Part shown: positions 28,860 to 42,324 of the stretch, piece after piece
How positions within the stretch are numbered: the stretch's first letter is position 1
How the letters are laid out: each line of letters begins with the position of its first letter
Notes under the pieces: generated by a model
Seen by the model: only the letters and a program-made list of their open reading frames with translations
Told to the model about the DNA's origin: nothing
Database searches by the model: none
Translations under genes and position numbers: made by a program
Assembly: GCA_951406725.2 (NCBI GenBank)
Contig: OX597823.1
Coordinates: 43,028,001 to 43,092,000, forward strand
Reading direction: 5' to 3'
DNA: 64,000 nt
DNA from: Octopus vulgaris
Lineage: Eukaryota

Positions 28860-29730
28860 AAATATACTTGCTGTTCTTTGGTGATTTTTTTTCTTTCAAT
28901 GTACGATAAACTGCCTCTCATTTCTTCCTTACTGCATTCAATAGACTTATTCTGTGTCTCTTTGCATTCAAGTTTGGTCAGTGAAAAAATTCCTAATTCA
29001 CATAAATATTATGTTGAAAAGTGAATGAAAATACACAAAGCTCTTGTTTCCCGATACCAGAGTTTATTTTCCTCTGATGGAACGCCAAATCTTTTCATAA
29101 TACAACTTCTCGTATTTGATTTTAAAACTCCAGTTCTGATGTAGAAGCCAATCCGTCTTCTTCATATAACTTCAAACCGACTTCAGTCGGAATTTCCCCG
29201 GAAGAAATGATTTCGAATCTAATCATATTGTTTTATGTTTAATAATGGGAAATTAAACCTCAATTTCTCTTCAAATACTCAAATATGATAGAAGTCTTTT
29301 CCTTTGTAGTTGATTTGGTTATTAAAAGAAATATGACCACCTCTAATATTTTCCATTCCAAATTCCTACGTTCATCTGAGGATATATTTACTTTTAACTA
29401 GAACATTCCAGTTCTTTGTTCAGTACATGAAGGTGCTGAAATATGCTTTTTAAATATTCTAGGGTTTAAATCCAAAATTCAGTGATGATGTAATTTTTTT
29501 TAAATCTTGAAATTTTCATAATGCCGTTATCAGAGATCCTATACCGAACAGATTATTCTATCCTTATCACAGTTAGCTGTTATAAAAGCATCTCTCCCAT
29601 GAATCTTATCTTCACATAGTTTCTCAAAGGAACGATTCGTCAATGTTTTGGTAATAGAACAAAATATTTCGATTACATGTTTTAAAAAAATCTCTTCACT
29701 ATTAAAATTCTTGGTATCCTTTTGCAATAA
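28860..29730 (-). pseudogene. hAT (Charlie/Buster) transposase remnant
   Basis: Manual translation near 28960-29045 gives ALCIFIHFST*YLCELGIFSLT...EEMRGSLS, matching the hAT dimerisation motif FSTxYLCExGFS. Many stops. Confidence 0.6.
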
Positions 29731-30004
29731 ACATGTGACTTACACCCAAAATTAACATTCCACAAAAACGCGCATTCGTGAACATATACACGCACACACA
29801 CGTACAGACGTGCACACACACGCACGCACGTACACGCGTGCACACACACACACCAGAGTACACATCTTCATAAGTTTGCAGTCACACACACGCGCATACA
29901 CACACAAATACACACAGTCTCCTTTTCTTACATACCTCCTCATTCACATCCTTACAACTACATAAATATATAATGGTGAACCCATAGCTAAACCATGTAT
30001 ACAT

Positions 30005-31047
30005 TAGCTATTATCACCGATATATACATGAAATACTTTGAGAATTTGGCTTTAGAATTAACACCACTAAAACCAACACTATGGCTGCGATATGTTGATG
30101 ACATCTTCATGCCCTGGCGCCACCAGTAAGATGTCCAAGTGCTGTTAGATCATGTGAACTCAATAAAGTCATCCATACAGTTCACAATGGAAAAAGAAAA
30201 AGACAATCAGCTAGCATTCCTGGACGTATTAATAACACGCACCAAGTATGAATTCAGAACATCCGTACACCGGAAGCCGACTTTCACTGGACGATACCTC
30301 AACTTCCACCATCCATACAATGTAAAGAGAGGGATTGCTCAGTGCCTAAAACATCCAGCAATGAATATAAGTAGCGATCGTGATATCCACCACGAAGAAA
30401 TGATCAAGCTATATAACAGTTTATTAAGCAACAAGCATACTACCCCACAAGCATACTATCCACTTCAATTATGAAGAAAAGAGAGGGTGAAACCGATAAC
30501 TGTCCACAGCATGTCTACCCTATGTGAAAGGCCTCTCCGAAAAGATACAAAAGATACGCGGCCCAGGACATCAGGACAATATTCAAAAGTAATACAACAC
30601 TTCGCAAATATCTCCGTCGAGTAAAACCACCAATAGAAGAGAGTATGACTAAGAACTGTGTCTACTCCATTCCATGCAGCTGTGGTAGATTAAACAAAAG
30701 CGAAACATGCCGCCCCCTCAAAATAAAGGTAGACGAATTTCGCAAAGCTGTGATACGGCGAGATATTGATAAATCGGGTATAGCTGATCATGTATGGAAA
30801 AATGGAAATCACCTCACCTTGTGGGATGAAGTTAGAATTATAGACAAAGAACACCACTGGAAAATACGAAAACTAAAAGAAGCAGCACACATGCTAGGAC
30901 ACAACAACCTCCTAAGTAGACTGAATGCAGATATGAACAGCATATGGAAACCGGTATTAAGTAAGGATAGGAGAATATTAGATTTATAAGCCCTAAAATT
31001 CACTCCATAATTGCCCACAGTTCCGAGTTCGATTCTTGGCAGTGACC

Positions 31048-31129
<82 letters not shown>

Positions 31130-31340
31130 TAATAATAATAACAACAACAACAACAACATCGAAAAATACCTTAGGAATGATAAACCAGGTTGTGTCCTTA
31201 GGAATGAGAACTCCAAGACACCTGATGAAGGCTGGAGGTTATATCAGCCGAAATGTTGTGTCAACAACAAACAAGATCCGTCAAATGTAAATAATGTAAA
31301 CAATGTACACAATTCTTCATCTCTTAAATACAGAACTATA
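30005..31340 (+). mobile_element. Penelope-like element (Poseidon-type), 5'-truncated and degenerate: RT C-half + GIY-YIG + 3' pLTR
   Basis: WLRYVDDIF, IQFTMEKE...LAFLDV, HRKPTFTGRYLNF, NCVYSIPCSCG, KSGIADHVW, RKLKEA. Hammerhead in the 3' region. Confidence 0.9.
31217..31262 (+). ncRNA. Minimal type I hammerhead ribozyme in PLE pLTR
   Basis: gacac-CTGATGA-a-ggctg[loop]cagcc-GAAA-t-GTT-gtgtc. Stems I and II pair, and stem III carries a likely CpG-decay change. Confidence 0.7.
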
Positions 31341-33246
31341 GAACTTCGAAAAAAAATATACATATAACGCCCTAAATCAGAGCTGACGTAGAGAAGTCAA
31401 GTAATTTATGATGTTTCAAATGGTTTCAAATGGTTCCAAATGATTGCCTGATTAACCAAACGGTTAACCAACAATCGCTTAGAGAATGGATTAAGTAGTT
31501 AACCAATTGACAAATACTAATAAAGAAAGGAAATAGAACCAGTGTATGAGTTTATTATTGGCAAAATGACCCTTTCCAGATACAACAAAAGACTGACTAA
31601 TCGCCCGTCATGAGTAAAATCAAATGAATGTCAACAGCTTCGATTAGTTTGGTAATGTCTCTCGAGTCATCAGCTTGGAAATTGAAATTCGGGTGCTTTA
31701 GCATATCGCCAAAACCATACCAGTTTTTAAAATGTCATAATAGTCGAAGAACTCTACCACTTTAAAGAAGAATTTTACTTCTTGTTATCCTTGATTTCCT
31801 TGCACCATACTAGAAACAGGTCGAAATAGGAGACTTGTGCATTGAGTGAATAATTACTACACATATTTCAGTAGAAGGAGCTTCAGTATTTGATGAAACT
31901 GTTATTACACTTTTAAACGTATATCGCGCGTTTGCTGATAGTCTTGAAAATCTTTTTAAAATTTTGCATCATCTACTTAAAGATAAATAAGTAGATTGTA
32001 AATACTAATATGGCCATCATTCAGCATCTACATACTGAAAGCGGATATTAAGTCATTGTTCCTGAAGAAGTAATATTTAAATAGATGAAGCCCTATTTGC
32101 GATTAGGCTGAATATAATCATAACGTGTACAGGAACTTGTTGCACTTGAAACATGCACATTATTGGAATCCCAAACAGAAAGGCTGCATTCCCTATTTAG
32201 GAATAAACACACACACACACATATGTATATATACATATATGAAGTGTACTATTATTTATCTGAATAACACCATACATCGGTGCAGTTTCTCAAGATTGTG
32301 TAAGCATTGCAGATTCTTAGCTTCAAATCATCTGTTGCACTTGCCAGTGTGTTGTGTCGTGTCTTATCTTTAAAACATGTCTTTTATCTCTAGACTTTAT
32401 TTATACGTGTAGTTCTATGTACAGTTGTGAGTAATTGATAGTGAACGTAATTGTTTAAAAGAATGCAGCATCCGTATATAACATTGTGATATAGAAATTA
32501 ATGCGGAAACATATAACTGTTAGCTAACACTAAAGTGTGTACGTAGATGTGTATGCATCTTAAGGTTCAACTTTTTTGTTAGGTATTATCTTTTTGTTAG
32601 GTATTATCTTTTTGTTAGGTATTATCTTCCCTAGTTATGTTTTAGGAATTAATACGGACGCTCATAAGAGTATTAAACTTCAAGAATAGTGAGAGAGACT
32701 TCTGTATAACTTTCCTTGTTATGCAACAAAATACATACGATCAAAAACTGTCTCTTGGGAAGTAAGAATTTAAGCACACGACACTCAGTGTACTGATAGC
32801 TTGTGTGGATGTATAAAGTTTGAGAGCGTTATCTTAATACAATCTTACTAGCGATTCGACCTAAAATTTATCTTAATAAAGTATAATACAATATTATGCG
32901 ATACATTGAATTATTATATTATATTATGTTATATTGTGTTATATAATATCATATTACATTGTGCTATATTATGTTACATTGTATTATATTATAGGTCAAT
33001 ATAATAAATAAGATAATTGAATGCTTGTGATAATTTTACTGCAGCTGCTACAATCTATTATTAAAATTTGATGTGATATCATAATATCTGTTTATTTCAG
33101 TGAACAGATAAATATATAAAACAAACAATGTATAAATGTGCAGTATTCAAAATTGTTGCTCAAAAGCAGAGAACAGTCGGATACGATAATGTTTATTGCT
33201 ATACATATGTACTACAATGATGTTGTCCGATACATACATACATGCC

Positions 33247-33300
<54 letters not shown>

Positions 33301-33380
33301 GGCATGTATGTATGTATGTATATATATATAAGTATACATGTATTTATATATATATTTATACATGTAAATATATGTGTATA

Positions 33381-33411
<31 letters not shown>

Positions 33412-33619
33412 ACTCTATTTGTGGGTTAACAAGCCACCAATGGTTTCATGTAGTGGTAATTTCAAGAATTATTAAGCCTGCTACATAGTAACGTTGGTAC
33501 TCGACTCCATCTATTATGAGTATACACAAAGCAACACGTGACTGTGCCTGATATTGGGATAAATAAATATGCAGATCATGGAATAATTCCTGACGGGTGA
33601 AAAATAACGAGGATGAGCT

Positions 33620-33845
33620 AATTGATGCCGGAATTAGGAAGTTATGGTGAAGCAGAGATAATGGATCTGATTTTATTCCCTATATGGATAAAATGAGTAA
33701 AAATATGCAAAATATTTAGCCAAGTGTTCATAACAACCATTAACACAAAACTTAAAGAAGTTATGTTCCCAGACATCAATATGAATCTTAATACTGGCAA
33801 ATTTACACCATACCATGAACCAAATGAGGATACCCCCTAAATTGG
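33620..33845 (+). pseudogene. Penelope-like RT remnant (Nematis-like)
   Basis: Manual translation GSYGEAEIMDL and TINTKLKEVMFPDINMNLNTGKFTPYHEPNEDTP resembles the PLE RT motifs GSYDGAE / NFLDVTLNL..G...PY.KPN..P. Confidence 0.6.
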
Positions 33846-33956
33846 TACAGGCTCTATATTTTAGCTTATTTCAGAAGTCTTGCTGTATATTTGTGTGTTA
33901 TGCGAGTAGGGATTGGTTGTCTGTGGATGCATGTTGCACTTTGCTATGTTAGATTT

Positions 33957-34185
33957 GGCGAGCTGGCCGAAGCGTTAACACGCCGGGCGAAATGCTTACG
34001 GGTATTTCGTCTGTCTTTACGTTTTGAGTTCAAATTCCGCCGAGATCGACTTTGCTTTCATTCATTCGGGATCGATAGATTAAGTACCGGTTGCGTACTG
34101 GGGTCGATGTAATCGACTTAATCCCTTTGCCTATCCTTGTTTGTCCCCTCTATGTTTAGCCCCTTGCGGGCAATAAAGAAATAAG
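33957..34185 (+). mobile_element. tRNA-derived SINE, family B (copy 1) with Tx1-like tail
   Basis: A-box AGCTGGCCGAAGCG, B-box GAGTTCAAATTCC, central domain gactttgc.tttcat...taagtacc (resembles the Meta-type domain), tail ending CAATAAAGAAATAA. Confidence 0.85.
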
Positions 34186-34809
34186 ATTTGTATATACAGA
34201 AATGTATCCTGACAGAGGATTATATTTAACATAGTGTGTAAACATTTAGTATAATAAATAGCGAACAAATGGTGTTGTTTTCATTCCTATTCTTTATACC
34301 GCTCATACTCAGTTTTCATGAAATAATACAAAACGTTCGACGAAAGGAAATACATATTGCTGGATGCTTTAAAAGTAACTCAGTTGATGAATCATAAGCC
34401 TTAAGTACACCATAATAGAATAGCAGCTACGTAAATAATGGTGGTTATATACAAATTTCAGGTTCATTCATCATTCGTTTGCTGATCAAAACATTAATTT
34501 TTGTGTTAATCTTACTTAAATACATTGTATTTGAAGACGTATAAAGCACACAAAATTGTTGTTTTTTTATTTCCCAAAACCATTCAAAATTACATTAACT
34601 TGTATGGAATGGTTTGAATATTTCATGTTGTATCGTAAAAGTATGCATCGTACATATGTATTTAATACAGGGTGTAGTAAAGGAAACAACATAGGATAAG
34701 AAAGGACGACTTAATTCTTAATTGCTTTATATGAGAGTGGTTTCTTTTTTTTAATAGCCTTTCACACACACACACACAAATATATATGTAATATATGTAT
34801 GCATTTATA

Positions 34810-34852
<43 letters not shown>

Positions 34853-34856
34853 TGTA

Positions 34857-34907
<51 letters not shown>

Positions 34908-35222
34908 ATATATAAATAATGTATGTATATATACATTTAATCTGAGCGTGCGCGTGTGTGTGTGTGTGGCCACGTGTTTAAGTGGGCGTGCGCGCCCGCG
35001 TGTCAGTGTTTATAAGTCTATTGCTTCCTTGGTAGTACTCTATAATTAACACCCTGTTCCTGAATCAATTAACCTTCTCCAGTCAGGGGTATCTGTATAA
35101 GCGTAAACATATAAATTCATCCTCTCTGTAACTGTATATATTTTTTCGAAAGTGTAATGATTACGTGACTATGGTTCCATCATTATGCTGTACATATATA
35201 ATCGATATGACAGCATTACACT

Positions 35223-35523
35223 GCGGTGAGCTGGCAGAATTGTTAGCACGCCGGGTGAAATGCTTAGCGGTATTTCGTCTGCCGCTACGTTCTGAGTTCA
35301 AATTCCGCCGAGGTCGACTTTGCCTTTCATCCTTTCGGGGTCGATTAAATAAGTACCAGTTATGCGCTGGGTTCGATGTAATCGACTTAATCCGTTTGTC
35401 TGCCCTTGTTTGTCCTCTCTGTGTTTAGCCCCTTGTGGGTAGTAAAGAAATAGGTATTTCGTCGGTCTATAAGTTTTGAATTCAAATTCCTCCGATGTCG
35501 ACTTTACCTTTCATCCTTTCGAC
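35223..35523 (+). mobile_element. SINE family B (copy 2) plus tandem partial repeat
   Basis: Colinear with 33957-34185. After the tail (35453) the B-box/central part restarts. Confidence 0.85.
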
Positions 35524-35599
35524 GTTTAAAAACTAATTTTATAGAAACTTCTCTCAACATTCTTATTTTGTTTCTCTAACATAAACTTGTGTAGGTTGA

Positions 35600-35790
35600 A
35601 TTATGTAAAATGTTAGAGAAAGAAACCTCGATGTTTCTCGCAATGCGTACCAAAACATACATCTGAAGCAAAACTTTTCAGGGACCCTTAAAACACCATT
35701 GTGGATTCCCAATTTACTATTTTGTTACGTAGACACCTGAAAATTCTTATATGGACCTTCAGTGGTCATATGGACCCCGGTTGACCACTG
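35600..35790 (-). mobile_element. Possible hAT-Charlie-type MITE end
   Basis: Minus strand TCTAGAG|CAGTGGTCAACCGGGGTCC resembles a Charlie TIR and NTCTAGAN target. Other end not found. Confidence 0.35.
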
Positions 35791-36743
35791 CTCTAGATCA
35801 TCTTTAGGTAACGACACTGTAAAATATCGGGGCAAAATATTTAAATATGGAAACAATTTTTGTACTGGCAAAACCCTATCATTCAGTAGATGGAACAAAC
35901 TGATGGAAACACCGGTGCACTGATAATAAATTACGGTATTGTTTTCCTGTTTAAATCCCATTCTAGTAGCATTACTTTAATGATTCCATTGCCGGTGACC
36001 ACTTTTATTTTCAGTTTTGCAATTACTTGTGACAAAGAAATCGTAGAGTTTCGAGCAATAAACACACATCACTCAAGTCTGGTAATCTAACACCGAATTA
36101 CCGTCCTATTCTACTGGACAAGTTAAATAGCTCACAAGGACAAACATTAATGGCAAATAACACATTAAGGATTATCATGAATGTCGGGCGAACCATTAAT
36201 AGAAACGGAACTAAATTCGAAGAAACCAAATGTTGCGTGCTTACGGTTATCTTATACATTACAAGACATTTCACTTAGAAGATGAGCATCAAGTATATAT
36301 GTGTCTATGTATGTATGTGTGCTTGTGTGTGTTTAAATATGTGCACATGCATGTAGGTCTTTGGGAGTGTGTATGTTTATGCGTCATTTAGGAAGTGGTT
36401 TGTGTTTGTTTATCTGAGAATGGAATTTTTATTATTGGTGATCAGGATCGCTAAAATGGTGATTTGTATTAGAACTTTCATATAAATACAGTTTCGGAAA
36501 AAGTTAAATACACATGAAATAAATATGTCCATGGGAAATTTAAGTCTATATAACTGCTGTGGGATTAACGTCAAGGTATTATCCCACCATATCGTGATAA
36601 CTAAACTGTCGGTAATAGATACATATAGATATACATACACATTGAAGTTAAACATATACGCAATCCCAAACATATATACAGATATACACACATGTATATA
36701 TATATATTTAAGTGCATATATTTGTATATATAAATATATAAAG

Positions 36744-36835
<92 letters not shown>

Positions 36836-37542
36836 GTGCATATATTTTTGTGTGTGAGTTTGAGTGCTTTTGTTTGACATGATGAATTTAGAGAGATAAT
36901 AGACTGAGAGATAATAAAGAAATGCAAAAGAGCGTTATATATGTGTATTGGGTGGGGAATAGAGTATTCTGTGTTCGATGGTGGGTGATCAATTATATAG
37001 ATCAATCATAGCATGGTTACATACACATATCCAAACGACTAATATCATTGGTAGTTATGAATCGGCGGTAGGAATGGGGTCGGAACTATCAATGAATATT
37101 TGGCAACTAACGTTACGCATTTTGTTTTCCAGGATTTGGGGATCTCAGAACAATTATATAAAATACCGGTTGATATATATTCTGTTCTATGTTTCGTAAT
37201 TTAGTATGTAGAATTTGTCCTCCTAAGGACTTAAATAGTTTCATCCTACTTCCTGGCTAAGGTCCCCTGAAGAAAGTTTCGAAAGGAATGATTTCTTGAA
37301 AAATGACATGCGGAAAATTTTTCATGTTACTCGAATTATATAATAATGTTGTTTGCGGTTTGCAGCTACAATTCTGGTCTTTAGTGATTATGTTTATTCC
37401 TTGTACACCCACCCACTATCCATAATGTTTGTAGCTTTGATCTGAACTAATTGTTCTATAAGAGGTTCGGTTGTACTTTCATTTTTATTAAAAATAAAAT
37501 TGGTTAAAATGTTTACCGATATATATATATATATATATATAT

Positions 37543-37602
37543 AAACTTAGATAAACTTAGATATGTTTCGACCAAAGATTGGTCCAGGCCATGTCTAACT
37601 TA
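37543..37602 (-). mobile_element. 60-bp 3'-terminal copy of the 53.3-56.7 kb CR1-group LINE inside (TA)n
   Basis: Near-exact reverse complement of 56594-56654. Confidence 0.9.
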
Positions 37603-37624
37603 ATATATATATATATATTTATAT

Positions 37625-37706
<82 letters not shown>

Positions 37707-38897
37707 TATACATATATATATCGTGTATATACGCATCGTACATATATATACTATATCAGGGCCCCCTTAGTTATTACTGAAACGTAACCCTGTACAACTT
37801 CTCTCATGGTCAGGAGATCGACAACAACAACAACAAGCTTGCTTGGCGAGAAGGATGATTATTGGACACAATGCAGGAGGAAAAACAATATCTATCAAAG
37901 AGAAGAGGAACGTATAAGTGTCAATGGTCACCCAGTGGAGCTGTACTCTTTATCAGTCTTATTGTATACTTGCACTAACATTTGCTACCAGTACTACCAA
38001 ATAGTTTGAATGGTAGCACTCAAGACATTACTACTTTAAAGAAGTAATTTATGGGCTGTCCACGGAATTTGGTTACTCCTCTTTTTATCAAAATCATCAT
38101 GAAATAGGAAAAGAAGAGAAGGGAATATATACATGTGCGTACAGTTAGTGTCTGACGAACCGGTGTGGATGAAACTTCAGAATCAAATCATCAGCATTTT
38201 ATTCACACACACACATACACACGCACGTACTCACACACATACATATATAGCCACAGACGCATTCGTACATATGGACGTATGAATGTACATACATGTACAT
38301 GCATCCATATGTGAATTTTTGAAAGCAGATACGAACAACACATTATAGATACTTCTTATGCGCATATGAAAATTTCGTCTCTATGAAATAGTGTCTTAGA
38401 GATCGACTTACCAAACATACCATCTAGCTTTTCTGCTCAATGATAAGCAAAGCGAAATAATTTATCTACGACAACTCTAATATGGCTTTCTGCTCTCTTA
38501 AAATGTTTTGAACAACAGTAATTTTACTTCCGCGTCAATAAAATTGGAATAACCGCTAACTGAAACCAGTAAGCTGTTTTCATGTCCGTTACCCAGGGGG
38601 CTCATTTTGCTGGCCGCTTATCACTGACATCTCGGCGTCTAAAACCATAAAGCTATTTCTGTTTTCGTTGCTGACACTCAATCCGATTGTTGTCTACAAC
38701 GTTATGCCTTAATTTTCATGACAATATTTCATTAGCAAAATAAACACGGATACAAATATAAAAATATGAAGAATGCACATATTTGCTTCAATATTCAAAC
38801 TCGCACAGATATACACGTCTGCATGCATTACACACACACACACAATCACACACATTCAAACACACACACACACACACACACAATCACACACATTCAA

Positions 38898-38940
<43 letters not shown>

Positions 38941-39291
38941 CATACATAAATATATATACGTATAAACATATATATACATTTATATATATATATAAGTATA
39001 TATACAAAAGTATGTATATGTATGCATATATGTGTGTAAATGTGTGTATATATATATGTATAATATATATATATGTGTATATATATATGTATATATATAT
39101 ATGTATATACACATACATGCATTCGTATGTATATATGTATGTATGTATGTGTAAGCACACATACATAACTATTTGCATATACATATAGATACGCTCATTT
39201 GTATGTGTTTTGGTAAGTAATTTTCCAAAATTTTACAAACTATGGTAATATACATACATGCAGATATAGATACATATATAAACATATAAAT

Positions 39292-39378
<87 letters not shown>

Positions 39379-39426
39379 TAGATACATACATACATACATA
39401 CATACATACATACATACATACATACA

Positions 39427-39462
<36 letters not shown>

Positions 39463-39917
39463 TATATGACTTAAAATTTACCATGTTTGCTTTTACGACA
39501 GTTCAGATAGATTAAGATAAATTATAGGAAACTGATAACAATATTTTTTTATTTAATTTTGTTCTTATTTATTAATATTATCATTATTATTAGTATTATC
39601 CTTATTATTACTAGTGTTTTTATTATTATTGTTCATATTATTGATATGTTGGTTTGTGATACTTTGCGCGAGATTTTTCTATTTATTCAGAAATAAAACT
39701 AAATTACTATGAGATAAAACGAACAAATTATTGCATTTTCGCAGAGTTAAACAAGTTTCGATAGTATCAAATGAGGAAATTGCCCATTTGATCTCTCGTT
39801 TGGCAATAATATATGGACTTCTTATCTAGAATGGAAAACATAGTTATATGGTGACGAATATTATCATTATTATTATTGTTGTTGCTGTTGTTATCATCAA
39901 TATCATCATCATTATTA

Positions 39918-40039
<122 letters not shown>

Positions 40040-40040
40040 T

Positions 40041-40856
40041 TAAGCTGCATGTTTGTTGCAATCACATACCGAGACACACCCAGCGCCCTAGGGGAAGGAT
40101 AAAACATGTTACAGTATAACTGAAAGCTGGAGGAGGGGAAGTGGAAGGGACAATAGTCACATATATCCATGAAATGCAACACATGATATTGATAGGGTTT
40201 TTTTCTCTAAAGATATGGGCAGTAATTGTCAGCACAATCTTTTGGTTTTTTCTGAGACATGGGATATTATCTAGATGTTTCTAACATCTTTATTTTTAAC
40301 CATACCTAGGGCACCTACAATAATAGGAACAGTATTGGTTTAAGATGTCACATCTTTTGTATTTCAATTTCCAGGTCCTTATATTTACTAAGTTTGTCAA
40401 ATTCGTTTACAGATACATATTTATCCGTGGAAACACTTACATCTATTAGTCCACAAATATTTTCTTCCCTGTCTTTAATAATTATGCCTGATCGATTAGC
40501 CTGGATCGTTCTGTCAGAAGATAATGACATTCTTACCTTTAACTACTGGCTACCATACCATTTCACCCCTCTCATCACACATTCTGCATTTGTCGCTATG
40601 GATACTGTTGTCAATTTTACGCTTCATATAATTGGTCCTTGACGTTTGTTCTTGAGCTGCACATATGAGTGCTTCTGTCTCAATCTTCAGGTCATTCTTC
40701 CACTTCCCTAACCACTCTGTATCTGTCTTGGCGTTAAGATCTCTTGCCAACTGCCCGTGCATTTTCCTTCCATGCATTTTCGTTTTTCATTTCTTGTTTG
40801 AATATTTCTTTAGTTACACAATTTTCAGTTTTGACGACGCCGGCCTTCTTCGTGTG

Positions 40857-40858
<2 letters not shown>
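40041..40858 (-). mobile_element. R4/Dong-like LINE 3' fragment (CCHC + RLE), internally deleted, flanked by (TAA)n
   Basis: MHGQLARD, LKIETEALICAAQEQ..RTNY, KCRMC, DRTIQANR..IIIKD...LIDVSV...KLSKYKDLEIEI, PIIVGALG. Confidence 0.88.
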
Positions 40859-40921
<63 letters not shown>

Positions 40922-40927
40922 GTAATA

Positions 40928-40959
<32 letters not shown>

Positions 40960-41215
40960 AATAATAATGATAATAATAATAATAATAATAAGTAAAATAA
41001 AACGAATTTTTCCACCGTCTAGGCTTAAAAAAGCCCTCAATGTTGGTTTCTTTGTCCTGTTTTTATTCTTTATGTGTACTGTATTTTTATTTGTATTGCT
41101 TTTACGTCCTGTTCTTGTCACTTTTTTCTTTCCTTGTTTTACCCCTCTGCAAAAGAATTTTATTTAATTCATTTTGCAGGAAGGACTACTTCGGCCGGAT
41201 CGTGTTCTGCCCTTA

Positions 41216-41262
41216 CCTTCGAAACTCGCATTGAGTCAAACCAGGAGCAACTGATGAAGGGG
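41216..41262 (+). ncRNA. Type II-topology hammerhead-like motif
   Basis: ccttc-GAA-actc gcatt gagt-C-[13 nt]-CTGATGA-a-gggg. Stem III and GUC intact, stem I unpaired. Confidence 0.4.
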
Positions 41263-41489
41263 AATATTCCTTGTATTGTTTGCCTTGCACTCTGTTTTTT
41301 CGTTGTTAAAAAAAAGTCCGTTTCCGAGTTTGTTTTTATGTTTTCGTTTCTCGTTGTGTTCTACGTTTATTTGTGCTGTCCTGTACTCATATATATATAT
41401 ATATATATATATGCATGTATATATACATATAGATGTAGGTACGTACATATATGTATGTATGTATGCATATATTTTATTTATTAAATTGT

Positions 41490-41545
<56 letters not shown>

Positions 41546-41647
41546 ATAAAAACGGCAAGACAACAAAAGAAAGAAAGATACCTCGATATTATATAAATAG
41601 AGGAATTTATCTGTAAATGTAATATGTGACAATTATTCGGTAGCCAT

Positions 41648-41708
41648 GATAAAACTCCGAGTTTCGGAGGCCGAGGTGGAAATCCATGCTGCCATCTCTT
41701 CAGTTATC
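41648..41708 (-). ncRNA. Type I hammerhead ribozyme in a ~190-bp cassette between (TA)n arrays
   Basis: gataa-CTGAAGA-[imperfect stem II]-GAA-actc g gagt-T-ttatc. Confidence 0.65.
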
Positions 41709-41728
41709 CGGCCATCGGAAAAATCCTA

Positions 41729-41784
<56 letters not shown>

Positions 41785-42198
41785 AATGAAATATGAATTA
41801 GAAGCAGGATAATGTTGTGAGATTTATCGAACACACACACTGAATGTATCAGCTTTGGTTGTTCGGCGTTACGCTGTAATTTGATGCAGGGGAAATGACT
41901 ATGCAGGAGTGAGTCGTCTCGCTTGTCTATGACTTGCATGTGTTTTAACATGACGCGTTAACTCGCAACCTACTGGCGAACAAACGGAGTGTGCTCGACA
42001 ATGTTAACATTAGCGCTGCTTCTAATTCATATTTGATTCTATTCCTAAGTAAGCATCATTGGGACATACCAGCAGATGGATTTTAATCTATTCTGCATGT
42101 AGTCATAGACTGACAATTCAACTCACCTCCAATTCGGTTCAGATAGGGTTAATAAGGCTTTAAAATGACGAAACATCGATGTCCATCACTCCATATAC

Positions 42199-42234
<36 letters not shown>

Positions 42235-42238
42235 ATGA

Positions 42239-42324
<86 letters not shown>

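Noticed and set aside
37262-37315. ctgaaga...gaaa hammerhead-like motif
   Set aside because: Stems I and III and the cleavage triplet are not convincing
38148-38185. ctgacga...gaaac hammerhead-like motif
   Set aside because: Stem II is weak and there is no stem I. At best a decayed copy
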